Shown piece by piece: positions 42,523-52,431 of a stretch of 64,000 nt of DNA. This DNA is from Alphaproteobacteria bacterium (GTDB lineage: Bacteria; Pseudomonadota; Alphaproteobacteria; UBA828). A model generated the notes under the pieces. It was not told the DNA's origin, searched no databases, and saw nothing but the letters and a program-made list of their open reading frames with translations. Every line of letters begins with the position of its first letter. Position 1 is the stretch's first letter. The translations under genes and the position numbers were made by a program. Where the stretch lies: positions 608,523 to 672,522 of the forward strand of contig CBDCQT010000011.1 in NCBI GenBank assembly GCA_965220745.1, given 5' to 3'.

Positions 42523-43512
42523 ATGAAAGCAGTTCTCTGCAAGGCCTTTGGCCCGCCCGAGACCCTTGCGTTCGAAGACGTGGAGGCGCCTGCGCTCACG
42601 CCCGGCAGCGTCCGCATCGCCGTGCATGCGGTGGGCGTGAACTTCCCCGATCTCCTGCTGATCGAGGGCAAGTACCAGGTCAGGCCGCCCTTCCCCTTCA
42701 GCCCCGGCCTCGAATGTTCAGGGGTCGTCACCGAGTGCGGGCTAGGGGTCGATGCGCCCGCGCCCGGCACCCGTGTGCTCGCCTACATGTCCTACGGCGG
42801 CATGGCCGAGGAGGTGGTGGCGCCGGCGGAATGCGTCATCCCGATTCCCGATGCCATGCCGTTCGATGTCGCAGCCGCCTTCCCCGTGGTCTACGGCACC
42901 AGCTTCCACGCGCTGGTCGGGCGCGCGGCGCTGGCCGAGGGCGAGACGCTGCTGGTCCAAGGCGCCTCGGGCGGGGTCGGGCTCTCCGCGGTGGAGATCG
43001 GCAAGCGGCTCGGCGCAACGGTGATCGCGGCTGCAAGCAGCGACGAAAAGCTGGAACTGGCGCGCGACCACGGCGCCGACCACTTCGTCAACTACCGCAT
43101 CGAGGATTTGCGCGAGCGGGTCAAGACCTTGACCGACGGGCGCGGCGCCGACGTGATCTACGACCCGGTGGGCGGCGATATCTTCGATACGTCAATGCGT
43201 TGCATCGCGTGGAACGGGCGGCTTCTGGTCATCGGCTTCGCCTCCGGCCGCATCGCGGAAGCCAAGACCAACATCATCCTGCTCAAGGAGATCAGCGTGG
43301 TGGGCGTCGCCTGGGGCGCCTTCGCCCAGCGTGATCGGGCCGCGAACCGCGCCTATTTCGACGATCTCTTCCGCTGGTACGAGGAAGGCGCGCTGAAGCC
43401 CCGCATCTCCCGCCGCCTGCCACTCGCGAAGGCACCTGCGGCGCTGCAGGGCTTCCAGAGCCGCAGCGTGGTCGGCAAGCAGGTGCTGACGGTGGCGCGG
43501 CCCGGCGGCTGA
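42523..43512 (+). CDS. NADPH:quinone oxidoreductase (MDR family)
   Basis: GVNFPDLL, FSPGLE, GASGGVG, DVIYDPVGG, IGFASG. Confidence 0.9.
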   Translation: MKAVLCKAFGPPETLAFEDVEAPALTPGSVRIAVHAVGVNFPDLLLIEGKYQVRPPFPFSPGLECSGVVTECGLGVDAPAPGTRVLAYMSYGGMAEEVVAPAECVIPIPDAMPFDVAAAFPVVYGTSFHALVGRAALAEGETLLVQGASGGVGLSAVEIGKRLGATVIAAASSDEKLELARDHGADHFVNYRIEDLRERVKTLTDGRGADVIYDPVGGDIFDTSMRCIAWNGRLLVIGFASGRIAEAKTNIILLKEISVVGVAWGAFAQRDRAANRAYFDDLFRWYEEGALKPRISRRLPLAKAPAALQGFQSRSVVGKQVLTVARPGG

Positions 43513-43667
43513 GCCAGCCGGGAGGCCGTAGCGGGTGCCTCCTTTACCGATGGCGCGTGATTTTCTACCCTGTGGCGCAGTCCCGCGGCGCCGCGGAGCA
43601 GTGGACTGCAGTACGGCTAGGACAAAGCGTGGCTGGGGAGGCGATCCGAGGCGCTGCGGGGCCACTC

Positions 43668-44699
43668 GTGGACGATCCCATCATCGGGCACCCGGTGCGC
43701 GCCGGCGGTTGGGCTGACCACGCCGCCTCGTCCTACACCCTGGCAGCCGCGGCGCTCGACGACGGGCGCCTTGCGGATGCCGCGGCGCTTGCCCGCCACA
43801 CCGTCGAGGAAGCGCGCGAGGGCTACGAGCTCTACGCCCTCTGGGCCGACCAGATCAGGGAAACCTTGGCGGCCGAAGGCGTGAATGAAGCCGAGATCGC
43901 GGCAGGGGAGGCCCGGCTGCAGGCGCTGCTGGTCGGCGAGGCGGGCGAGCCCTTCGACATCCACGCAGGCTGGGCCGCCTACACCGCCGCAATCGACGAT
44001 GTGGAGGCGGCCTGCGAGGCTGGCGATGCGGCGGCGGCCCACGCGAGCCTGGAGCGCGCCCGCACGCTTTGGCTCGAGACTCACGACCGGGGCTGCGATC
44101 TGGTCTACGGCATGCTCGACCTCGTGGTCCGTCATCTGGGCGAGAGCCGCATCGGCCCGCTCTGGGACGAGCTGATGGCGCCGATGTACGAGACCTACGA
44201 TGTCTACGACACCGCCACGCACCCGTGGCCCCGCTCGATGCACCGGCTGATCCTGATCGCTGCGCTCTCGCTACGGGGCCATCTGAGCGGGCCGGGGCGC
44301 ATGGGCGCCATCGAGATCACGGAGGAGGCGGACCGCTGGGTGCTGAGCTTCGACCCCTGCGGCTCCGGCGGGCGCACCTACCGGGACGATGACCCCAAGG
44401 GGCCCCGCATGGAACCCCCGTTCGGCTTCGCCGTGACGACGGAGGCCCATGACTGGGCCTGGGGCAAGACCGGCGTCTGCGTCTATTGTGTTCATTGCTG
44501 CCAGTTGAACCAGCGTATGCCGATCCGCCGCTTCGGCTACCCGACCAGGGTGATCGACCCGCCGACCTGGCCCGAGGCGCGCGAGGGCGGTGTCTGCCGC
44601 TGGTCTGTTTACAAGGATCCGTCGCTGGTGCCGGCGGAGGCCTATACCAGCGTGGGCTACGAGAAGCCGGCGGCGGGCGGAACGGGGGCGGGAGCATGA
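43668..44699 (+). CDS. Uncharacterised Cys/His-rich protein, probably metal-binding
   Basis: Coding-like ORF with HDR, RGH, FDPCGSGGR, CVYCVHCC and C.W.VYK motifs. ATGA overlap with the next gene. Start uncertain (GTG 43668). Confidence 0.7.
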   Translation: MDDPIIGHPVRAGGWADHAASSYTLAAAALDDGRLADAAALARHTVEEAREGYELYALWADQIRETLAAEGVNEAEIAAGEARLQALLVGEAGEPFDIHAGWAAYTAAIDDVEAACEAGDAAAAHASLERARTLWLETHDRGCDLVYGMLDLVVRHLGESRIGPLWDELMAPMYETYDVYDTATHPWPRSMHRLILIAALSLRGHLSGPGRMGAIEITEEADRWVLSFDPCGSGGRTYRDDDPKGPRMEPPFGFAVTTEAHDWAWGKTGVCVYCVHCCQLNQRMPIRRFGYPTRVIDPPTWPEAREGGVCRWSVYKDPSLVPAEAYTSVGYEKPAAGGTGAGA

Positions 44700-46054
44700 G
44701 CGGTACGGCGACTGAGGGATTGGCGGCGGTGCGCGAGCAGATGCGCGCCGAAGGCGTGCGCTTCGTCCAGGTCGAGACGCCGGAGCTGGACGGCGGGCTG
44801 CGCGGCAAGTTTCTTGCGCTCGACAAGGGGCTGTCGGCCGAGATCGGCTGGTCAAACATCATCTACGGCCTGACCACGGCGGACGATGTCTATCTCTCAC
44901 CGTTCTCGTCCTACGAGAACGGCTTCGCCGACGTTTACGGGAAACCGGACCCCGCCACCGTCTGCCGCCTGCCCTGGCGGCCGGACACTGTGGCGGCCAT
45001 CCTCGATATCCACGACGCCGACGGCACCCTGACGCCGGAATGCCCGCGCACGATGCTCAGGCGCGCCGCGGACAAGGCCGACCAGATGGGCTTCGAGCCG
45101 CGCTTCGCGCTCGAGTACGAGGTCTTCATCTACTACGTGGACGAAGACGCCTCGCCGCTCTCGCCGGCGACGCTCACGCCGGTCTCGCGTGGGCGGAATG
45201 CCTACAGCCTGGTGCGCCTGCCGGCGCTCCGCGCCGTGTTCGAGACCTTCATGCAGCGCATGGAGGAGGTGGGGACGCCGGTGGTCTCGATGCATACCGA
45301 GCTCGGCCACGGCGCCATCGAGTTCGCGCTGGCCCATGCCCCTGCGCTCGCGGCCGCCGATGGCGCCATGCGCGCCAAGACCTACCTCAAGGAGCTCTGC
45401 GCCGAGCGCGGCATGATCGCGACCTTCATGGCCAAGCTCGATGCCGACCTGCCGGGCTGCGGCGGGCATATCCACCAGAGCCTCTGGCGGGACGGAGAAA
45501 ATGCGTTCTGGGACGTCGCCGGCGTGAGCGAGACCGCGAATCAGTATGCGGCTGGCCAGCTGGAGCACCTGCCGGCGCTCGTCGCACTCTGCATGCCCAA
45601 CGTCAACTCGTTCCGGCGCCGGGACTGGCAGCATTGGGTGCCCGAGAACGCTTCATGGGGCGACGACAACCGGAGCGCGGCGATGCGGCTCATCACCCGG
45701 CCCACCCCCCACGGTGCGCGTTTCGAAAACAGGCTGCCCGGCGCGGATTCCAACGCCTATCTCGCAATCGGCGGCATGCTGGCCGCAGGGCTCGACGGCA
45801 TCGAGCGGGGCCTCGCGCCGCCGCCGATGTGTACCGGCAACGCGGCGCTCGACGAGAGCTACACCAAGCTACCGGCCACGTTGGAAGAGGCGGTGGAGGT
45901 CTTCGAAGGCTCGGCCTTCCTGCGCCGCGTCTTCAGCGATCGCTTCGTCGATCACTACACGCTCTCGCGGCGGGCCGAACTCGACCTCTGGCGCACATGG
46001 CAGAAGAGCCAGGTCAGCGCCTGGGAGTACGAGCGCTATTTCGAGACCATCTGA
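44696..46054 (+). CDS. Glutamine synthetase-like (gamma-glutamyl ligase) protein
   Basis: G.LRGK, ALEYE, HTELG.G.IEF, ATFMAK, GCGGHIHQSL, WGDDNRS, RFENRLPGAD. Confidence 0.88.
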   Translation: MSGTATEGLAAVREQMRAEGVRFVQVETPELDGGLRGKFLALDKGLSAEIGWSNIIYGLTTADDVYLSPFSSYENGFADVYGKPDPATVCRLPWRPDTVAAILDIHDADGTLTPECPRTMLRRAADKADQMGFEPRFALEYEVFIYYVDEDASPLSPATLTPVSRGRNAYSLVRLPALRAVFETFMQRMEEVGTPVVSMHTELGHGAIEFALAHAPALAAADGAMRAKTYLKELCAERGMIATFMAKLDADLPGCGGHIHQSLWRDGENAFWDVAGVSETANQYAAGQLEHLPALVALCMPNVNSFRRRDWQHWVPENASWGDDNRSAAMRLITRPTPHGARFENRLPGADSNAYLAIGGMLAAGLDGIERGLAPPPMCTGNAALDESYTKLPATLEEAVEVFEGSAFLRRVFSDRFVDHYTLSRRAELDLWRTWQKSQVSAWEYERYFETI

Positions 46055-46152
46055 GCCGCGCGGCGCCGGGACGACTTTTCGCAGCAGCGTTCTGCCACTA
46101 TATCGATGGAGTCACGGCCACGCGCCGGATTTGACAGGACGAAGGGGGACGA

Positions 46153-46341
46153 ATGACCGATCAGGACCCGATCGCGCAGCGCCTGGAGGCGTTGCGCGCC
46201 GAACATCAGTCGCTCAACGCGCAAATCGACGCGCTCAAGGGCCGCGGCGACAATCTCGAAATTCAAGGGCTCAAGCGCCAGAAACTCCGGCTCAAGGACG
46301 AGATCGCGCGGCTGGAGAGCGAGCACGCACATTCGGGGTAA
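46153..46341 (+). CDS. DUF465/YdcH family small protein
   Basis: LEALRAEHQSLNAQI...IQGLKRQKLRLKDEIARL. RBS gggga. Confidence 0.85.
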   Translation: MTDQDPIAQRLEALRAEHQSLNAQIDALKGRGDNLEIQGLKRQKLRLKDEIARLESEHAHSG

Positions 46342-46448
46342 GTCTGGAATTCAGAACTTACAAAACGAACCCAATTTCGCGTAACGCCCTGATTTTGAAA
46401 CATTTCTTTGTGAGTCACGCCGAAGCCGGCGCCGGCTACGGTGAGGGC

Positions 46449-47309
46449 TCAGTCTGTCGGCTTCACGCCTGTGCCGATCCGCACATGGACGTCCATCGGG
46501 ACTTCGTCGCCGTCTCTCAGGCGCTCGAAACCCGCCGCCACGGCCTCTTTCAGGGCACTCTGTGTTGCCTCCGAGGCACCGTCCAGGGCGCGGCCGAAGG
46601 TCATGTCGAACTGGGCCTGCCAGAAAGGTGCCGCCGCCGGCACACGGGGCGCGAAGCGAACCTCGCGCTCGTCCACGTCGGTCAAACCGCCGCTTCTAAG
46701 CGCTTCGGCGAGCGTGCCGGGCGCGCCGAGCGAGAAGGGCCGGGCGAGGTCGATGTCGTCCACGGTATCGAGGGGGCCCAGCACGGCCTCCGCTGCTGCG
46801 ACGAAGACGACGAACATGGTCGTCTCCTCGCGCGGACCCCAGACCAGATAGGCCACCCGACCGCCCGGCTTGAGCACGCGCATGGCCTCGGCGGCTGCGC
46901 GTGCAGGCGCGGGGCAAAACATCAGGCCGAAGCGGCAGATCACCCGGTCGAACACGCCGTCCGTATCGGGGAGCGCCAGCATGTCGGCAGTGCGGAAAGT
47001 GATGTTGCCGAGCCCCTGGGCAGCGGCCCGGCGGCGTGCGCCCAGCATCATCTCGGGGCAGAGGTCGGTGGCGAAGACGCGGCCTTCCGTACCCACCAGG
47101 GCCGCGACGCTGAGCGCAGGCTCGCCCGCGCCGGTGGCGATGTCGCAGACCTGTTGGCCCGGCGCGATGTCGGCCGCCTCGATCAGCGGCGCGTTCATGC
47201 GGGCCGCCTGCTCGGCGATCTCGTCGGCCCGCCGATCCCAATGGCGCCCACGCCCGGCCCAGTCGGCCCGCACGAGCTCGGTTTCACGCTTGATCGCGTC
47301 AGCGTCCAT
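46449..47309 (-). CDS. Class I SAM-dependent methyltransferase
   Basis: CDIATGAGEP, FDRVICRFGLMF, RVLKPGGR. Confidence 0.85.
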   Translation of the reverse strand: MDADAIKRETELVRADWAGRGRHWDRRADEIAEQAARMNAPLIEAADIAPGQQVCDIATGAGEPALSVAALVGTEGRVFATDLCPEMMLGARRRAAAQGLGNITFRTADMLALPDTDGVFDRVICRFGLMFCPAPARAAAEAMRVLKPGGRVAYLVWGPREETTMFVVFVAAAEAVLGPLDTVDDIDLARPFSLGAPGTLAEALRSGGLTDVDEREVRFAPRVPAAAPFWQAQFDMTFGRALDGASEATQSALKEAVAAGFERLRDGDEVPMDVHVRIGTGVKPTD

Positions 47310-47361
47310 GTCCCGCACTCTCCGCGCCCGCCCGCCCGTGTCAAGGCCGGGGCGCTCCCGC

Positions 47362-47501
47362 TTTTTTCGCTCACGGCAGCCGGCCGTCGCGCGAGTCCGC
47401 GCGCCTATGGGCGCGACGACCGGCGCCTCCGCGAGGGCGCCGCATAAGCGGCGGGCCGCGGTCGCGGCCTGTCGCGCGTCCGCCAAAGACGGACGCGCTC
47501 C
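47362..47501 (-). repeat. Structured intergenic repeat family B, copy A
   Basis: Near-identical to 61061-61226 apart from a 27-bp insert there. Starts 3 bp after the ubiB stop. Confidence 0.8.
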
Positions 47502-47504
47502 CTC

Positions 47505-49043
47505 CTAAAGGAGCTGGACGGCCAACAGACCCGCGAGCAACGCGGCGATCACGCCGAGCAGGATGGGCATCGTGTTGCCGCCCCGTCGGCGCCCGCCCAT
47601 CGCTTCCAACGTGTTGGGCGAGAGCGAAACCCCTGCCTCCAGCCCGTCCAGCACCCGCTCGGCACGTGCGGCGAGGCGCGGCAGCCGGCCCGCCGCTTCC
47701 ATAAACTCCTCCGCCATATCGCGCACGCGGGCCTGAACGCCCAAATTCTCCCGCGCCCAGCGCTCGATCAGCGGCCGGGTGAAGACCCACATGTTCTGGT
47801 CAGGCGTGAGGCGGCGAGTCAGCCCCTCGGCCATCAGCATCGTCTTCTGCAGCAGCAGGAGCTGGGGCTGGGTTTCCATTTCGAAGGCTTCGGTGATCTG
47901 AAAGAGCTGGCCCAGCAGCTTAGCGATGGAAATCTCGTTGAGCGGCCGGCCCAGGATCGGCTCGCCGATGGACCGGAGTGCCTGGACGAAGGCTGCCTTG
48001 GAGGTCCGCCGCGGCACGTAGCCAGCCTCGAAGTGCACCTCGGCCACGCGCTCGTAGTCGCCGATCAGGAAGCCCAGCAGCATCTCGGCGAGGTAGCGCC
48101 GGGTCTGGGTGTCGAGACGGCCCATGATGCCGAAATCGACGGCGACGATGTTGCCGTCCGCGTTCACCAGCAGGTTGCCGGGATGCAAGTCGGCGTGGAA
48201 GAAGCCGTCCCGAAAGGCCTGGTTGAAGAAGGCCTCGGCCGCCTTGCCCAGAACTTCGTGGGGGTCGTGGCCGGCCGCCACCAGGGCCTCGCGCTCGTCG
48301 ATCGGGATGCCCTCGACCCGCTCCAGCGTGAGCACGCGGCGGCTGGTGCGCCGCCAATCGACCGCCGGCACCAGGAAGCTGGGATCCTCGGCGAAGTTCT
48401 GGCGCAGCTCCGAGGCGGCGGCGGCCTCGAAGCGAAGATCCATCTCGATCATCACGCTCTGGGCGAAGGTGCGGATGACCTCGACCGGCCGGAGCCGGCG
48501 CCATGAGGGCAGCGTCCGCTCGGCAAGCTCGGCCAACCAGTAGAAGAGCTCGAGATCGCGCTCGAGGGCCCGCTCCACGCCGGGCCTGAGGATCTTGACC
48601 GCAACCGGCTCGCCGGTCGCGGTGACCGCGAAGTGCACCTGCGCGATGGAGGCCGCCGCCACCGGCTCGTCGGTAAATTCCTTGAAGAGGGTGTCCAGGG
48701 GCACGCCGAACTCGGATTCGACGATGGCGCGCGCCGCCTTGGCCTCGAAGGGTGGCAATCGGTCCTGCAGGGCGGAGAGCTCGGCGGCGATCTCCTCGCC
48801 CACCAGGTCCGGCCGGGTGGAGAGAGCCTGGCCGAACTTGATGAAGCTCGGGCCCAGGACTTGCAGCGCGCCAGCCAGCCGCTGCCCCGGCGTGCCCAAC
48901 CCGCGCTTCTTGGGCGCCATGCCTGTGAGAAAGGTTACCGCTGGCACGAGGCCGAAGTCGCGGAGGAGGAAGAGCGCGTCCCAGCGGCCCAAGGTCCAGG
49001 CGATCCGCAGCAGCCGCCCGATGTTTCTGAGCGCCCGGCGCAT
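47505..49043 (-). CDS. ubiB: Ubiquinone biosynthesis kinase-like protein UbiB
   Basis: LGPSFIKFGQ.LSTRPD, AAASIAQVH, GFFHADLHPGN, DFGIMG, QPQLLLLQKT. Confidence 0.94.
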   Translation of the reverse strand: MRRALRNIGRLLRIAWTLGRWDALFLLRDFGLVPAVTFLTGMAPKKRGLGTPGQRLAGALQVLGPSFIKFGQALSTRPDLVGEEIAAELSALQDRLPPFEAKAARAIVESEFGVPLDTLFKEFTDEPVAAASIAQVHFAVTATGEPVAVKILRPGVERALERDLELFYWLAELAERTLPSWRRLRPVEVIRTFAQSVMIEMDLRFEAAAASELRQNFAEDPSFLVPAVDWRRTSRRVLTLERVEGIPIDEREALVAAGHDPHEVLGKAAEAFFNQAFRDGFFHADLHPGNLLVNADGNIVAVDFGIMGRLDTQTRRYLAEMLLGFLIGDYERVAEVHFEAGYVPRRTSKAAFVQALRSIGEPILGRPLNEISIAKLLGQLFQITEAFEMETQPQLLLLQKTMLMAEGLTRRLTPDQNMWVFTRPLIERWARENLGVQARVRDMAEEFMEAAGRLPRLAARAERVLDGLEAGVSLSPNTLEAMGGRRRGGNTMPILLGVIAALLAGLLAVQLL

Positions 49044-49058
49044 GGCGGGAAGGCCAGG

Positions 49059-49829
49059 TTAGACGCGCCAGCCCGAATGGAGCGTGGCGATGCCGGCGGA
49101 GAGCGAACGGACGCGCACGCCGCCGAAGCCGGCATCGGTCATCATGGCGGCGAGCCGTTCGGGCGGCGGGAAGCGGCGGATGCTCTCCACGAGGTAGGCG
49201 TAGGCGTCGCGCTGGCCGGTGACCGCCGCACCCAGCGTGGGAATCACGGCGAAGGAATACGCGTTGTAGAGGCGATCCACGCCGGCGGGCGGGCGCGCGT
49301 TGAATTCGAGGCAGAGGAAGCGCCCGCCGGGGCGGAGCACCCGCGCGGCCTCCTCCAGCGCCTGCTCGATCCGCGTTACGTTGCGGATTCCGAAGCCGAT
49401 CGTATAGGCATCCACCGAGCGCGGAGGCAGCGGCAGTGCCTCGGCATCGCCGACCAGCCACTCGATGCCGCCGATGAGGCCGGCATTCCAGGTGCGCTCG
49501 CGGCCTGCGTCCACCATCTGCTCGCTTGCGTCGCAGACGATGACTCGGCCCTCGCCTTCCATCGCCTCCCGCACCCGGCGCGCGATGTCGCCGGTGCCGC
49601 CCGCCACGTCGAGCACGGCCATGCCGGGACGGGGCGCGAGCCAGGCCACCATCTCGCGCTTCCACAGGCGGTGGACGCCACCGCTCATCAGGTCGTTCAT
49701 GAGGTCGTAGCGGCCGGCGACCCGGTCGAACAGGTCGCGGACGAGCCCCGGCTTCTCGTCCTCGCCGACGCGGCGGAAGCCGAAATCGGCGCCATCCGTG
49801 GCGTCGTGCTCACCGCGCGCGGAGGCCAT
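49059..49829 (-). CDS. ubiE: Ubiquinone/menaquinone C-methyltransferase
   Basis: [43 protein letters not shown]. Confidence 0.94.
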   Translation of the reverse strand: MASARGEHDATDGADFGFRRVGEDEKPGLVRDLFDRVAGRYDLMNDLMSGGVHRLWKREMVAWLAPRPGMAVLDVAGGTGDIARRVREAMEGEGRVIVCDASEQMVDAGRERTWNAGLIGGIEWLVGDAEALPLPPRSVDAYTIGFGIRNVTRIEQALEEAARVLRPGGRFLCLEFNARPPAGVDRLYNAYSFAVIPTLGAAVTGQRDAYAYLVESIRRFPPPERLAAMMTDAGFGGVRVRSLSAGIATLHSGWRV

Positions 49830-49878
49830 GGCGGCGACCATAGCCCAGCGGCCGAACCCGCGCTACCGTGGCCGCAGG

Positions 49879-50703
49879 ATGCCGGAATTGCCCGAGGTCG
49901 AAACCGTGCGCCGCGGGCTCGCCGCGCGGCTCACCGGCCGGCGCATCACCCATGTCACGGTGCGCCGCGGCGACCTCCGCCGGCCGCTGCCGCCTGACAT
50001 GGGGCAGGTGCTGACGGGCCGGGCGGTGCAGGGCTTCGGGCGGCGCGGCAAGTACCTACTGGTGCACCTCGACGGCGGCCGCGTGCTGATCGTCCATCTC
50101 GGCATGTCGGGGCGTCTCTTCGTCGACGCGGCGCCGAGCGGTGCTGCGCACGAGCACGTCGTCCTCCACTTCGACGACGGCGCAGTGTTGAGCTACGTCG
50201 ACCACCGGCGCTTCGGCCTGATGGAACTAGCCGAAGACGCACGGCTCGATGAGCATGAATTGCTTTGCGCCATGGGCCCCGAGCCGCTAGGCGCGGATTT
50301 CGACGGGCCGGCGCTGGCTGCGCGGCTCAAGGGCAAGGACACCCCGATCAAGGCTGCGCTGCTCGACCAGCGCGTGGTCGCGGGCCTCGGCAACATCTAT
50401 GTGTGCGAGGCGCTCTACTATGCGGGACTGAGCCCGAGGCGCCGCGCGGGCTCGGTTCAGGGCGGGCGGGCGGTGCGGCTCGCCGGCGCGATCAAGGACG
50501 TGCTGGAGGCAGCCATCGCCGCCGGCGGCTCGTCGCTCCGGGACTACGTGCAGGCATCGGGCGAGCTCGGCTACTTTCAGCACCGCTTTGCGGTCTACGA
50601 CCGGGAGGGTGAGCCCTGCCCCGGCTGCGATTGTGGGGCCGCGGTGCGCCGTATCGTGCAAAGCAACCGCTCGACATTCTATTGCGCAAAGCGGCAACGG
50701 TGA
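49879..50703 (+). CDS. mutM: Formamidopyrimidine-DNA glycosylase
   Basis: [28 protein letters not shown]-terminal Zn finger. Confidence 0.96.
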   Translation: MPELPEVETVRRGLAARLTGRRITHVTVRRGDLRRPLPPDMGQVLTGRAVQGFGRRGKYLLVHLDGGRVLIVHLGMSGRLFVDAAPSGAAHEHVVLHFDDGAVLSYVDHRRFGLMELAEDARLDEHELLCAMGPEPLGADFDGPALAARLKGKDTPIKAALLDQRVVAGLGNIYVCEALYYAGLSPRRRAGSVQGGRAVRLAGAIKDVLEAAIAAGGSSLRDYVQASGELGYFQHRFAVYDREGEPCPGCDCGAAVRRIVQSNRSTFYCAKRQR

Positions 50704-50795
50704 GTAATGAGGCGGCCGGACGCCCCTCGCGGCGCCCGTCCGGCAGCAGCCCGCCTGACAAGAACGCGGGCCCCGGCCCCCTGAGGGAGAACACG

Positions 50796-51569
50796 ATGGC
50801 CTATGAACACATCACCGTCGACCGGCGCGGCCGGGTCGGCCTGATTACGCTGAACCGGCCCAAGGCGCTGAACGCGCTGAACGGCGCGCTGATCGGCGAG
50901 CTCAACGCCGTGCTCGACAGCTTCGAGGCGGAAGACGAGATCGGCGCCGTCGTCGTCACCGGCAACGAGAAGGCCTTCGCGGCCGGCGCCGACATCGGCG
51001 AGATGCGCAGGCTGAACTTCGTCGATGCCTACGGCAGCGACTTCATCGCCGCCTGGAACCGCATCACCGCGTTCCGCAAGCCGGTGATCGCGGCGGTCGC
51101 GGGCTACGCACTGGGCGGCGGCTGCGAGCTTGCGATGATGTGCGACATCGTGATCGCCGCCGATAACGCGAGATTCGGCCAGCCTGAGATCAAGCTCGGC
51201 ACCATTCCCGGCGCCGGCGGCACCCAGCGGCTCACGCGCGCGGTCGGCAAGTCGAAGGCGATGGAGATGATCCTGACCGGGCGCATGATGGATGCCGAGG
51301 AGGCCGAGCGCAGTGGGCTTGCGAGCCGCGTCGTGCCGGTCGCCGACGTGGTGGACGAGGCGGTCGCCGTCGCCGAACAGATCGCGCATTTCTCGGCGCC
51401 CACTGTCGCGCTCGCCAAGGCAAGCGTGAACCGTGCCTTCGAGACCACGCTCACGGAAGGCGTGCTCTACGAGCGGGCGGTCTTCTACGCGAGCTTCGCG
51501 ACCGAGGACCAGAAGGAAGGGATGGACGCCTTCATCGAGAAGCGCGAGCCCGCCTTCAACAACCGTTAG
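50796..51569 (+). CDS. Enoyl-CoA hydratase
   Basis: [32 protein letters not shown]. Conserved mutM-ech-rpsT order. Confidence 0.92.
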   Translation: MAYEHITVDRRGRVGLITLNRPKALNALNGALIGELNAVLDSFEAEDEIGAVVVTGNEKAFAAGADIGEMRRLNFVDAYGSDFIAAWNRITAFRKPVIAAVAGYALGGGCELAMMCDIVIAADNARFGQPEIKLGTIPGAGGTQRLTRAVGKSKAMEMILTGRMMDAEEAERSGLASRVVPVADVVDEAVAVAEQIAHFSAPTVALAKASVNRAFETTLTEGVLYERAVFYASFATEDQKEGMDAFIEKREPAFNNR

Positions 51570-51574
51570 TGCCG

Positions 51575-51602
51575 TTGACCGGGCCGGCCGGCGTGGTATA
51601 AG
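51575..51602 (+). promoter_or_regulatory. Putative sigma70 promoter of rpsT
   Basis: TTGACC-16bp-TATAAG. Confidence 0.5.
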
Positions 51603-51631
51603 GCCGCCCGACCACAAGAGAGACCCTTGCC

Positions 51632-51901
51632 ATGGCTCATTCGCGCCAGGCCCGCAAGCGGGTTCGGCAAAACAAGCGCCGCGTTGCAGTCAACCGCGGC
51701 CGGATTTCACGCATTCGCACCTTCATCCGCCGGGTGGAGGAAGCGATTGCGAGCGGCGACAAACGCCAGGCAGAGGAAGCGCTGCGCGCGGCCCAGCCGG
51801 AGATCATGCGCGGCGCGCAAAAGGCGGTGCTGCATCGGCGGACCGCGGCCCGCCGGGTCTCGCTGCTCGCACGCCGCGTGGGTGCGCTCTCCGACAGCTA
51901 G
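51632..51901 (+). CDS. rpsT: 30S ribosomal protein S20
   Basis: [13 protein letters not shown]...N...[14 protein letters not shown]...[10 protein letters not shown]. Confidence 0.93.
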   Translation: MAHSRQARKRVRQNKRRVAVNRGRISRIRTFIRRVEEAIASGDKRQAEEALRAAQPEIMRGAQKAVLHRRTAARRVSLLARRVGALSDS

Positions 51902-52431
51902 AGACGGTCTGCGCCGCAGCAGCGGCGGCTCTCATTTTCGCTCTCGGCGGGACCGCTCGTCCGCCCATTGGTTCGGCCATGCCGGCGCCGCGAAACATGC
52001 CGTCCGAATTCCGGTTATACCGCCAACCGATTGGCTCCCTGCCTTCACTCTCATAGCCAAGATTGCGACGGAAATGTGACACGCAGATTTTGCGACGGTT
52101 CCGCTTTCGGACCCGTTGCAAGCCTCGATTCCGCGCTTTAGCCTAAGCGTCACATACCGCCCGGAGGAGGCGCCGGCGGTATGTAAAGCAAAAATCACTG
52201 ATGTTAATAACGGCGAGGCAGGCATAGCCTGTCCGGGAAGGGAGACCCACCGCCGCACCGAGAAGCGCGACGCAATGCAAGAACAGACATGGGATCAAAC
52301 AGGTCTAAAAATAGAACATATCGCTTATGTCATAGCGATAGCCAGAATTGTTATATCCGTTTCGAGATCGCCTGCCGCCGCGGCGTGCCGTGTTGGCAGG
52401 GGTTCCGTCACCTGCTGAGGGAGAACCGGCC

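Noticed and set aside
51902-52431. AT-richer rpsT-dnaA spacer as oriC
   Set aside because: I found no TTATCCACA-type DnaA boxes or CtrA TTAA-N7-TTAA sites. Alphaproteobacterial origins are often away from dnaA, so this is more likely promoter and leader.
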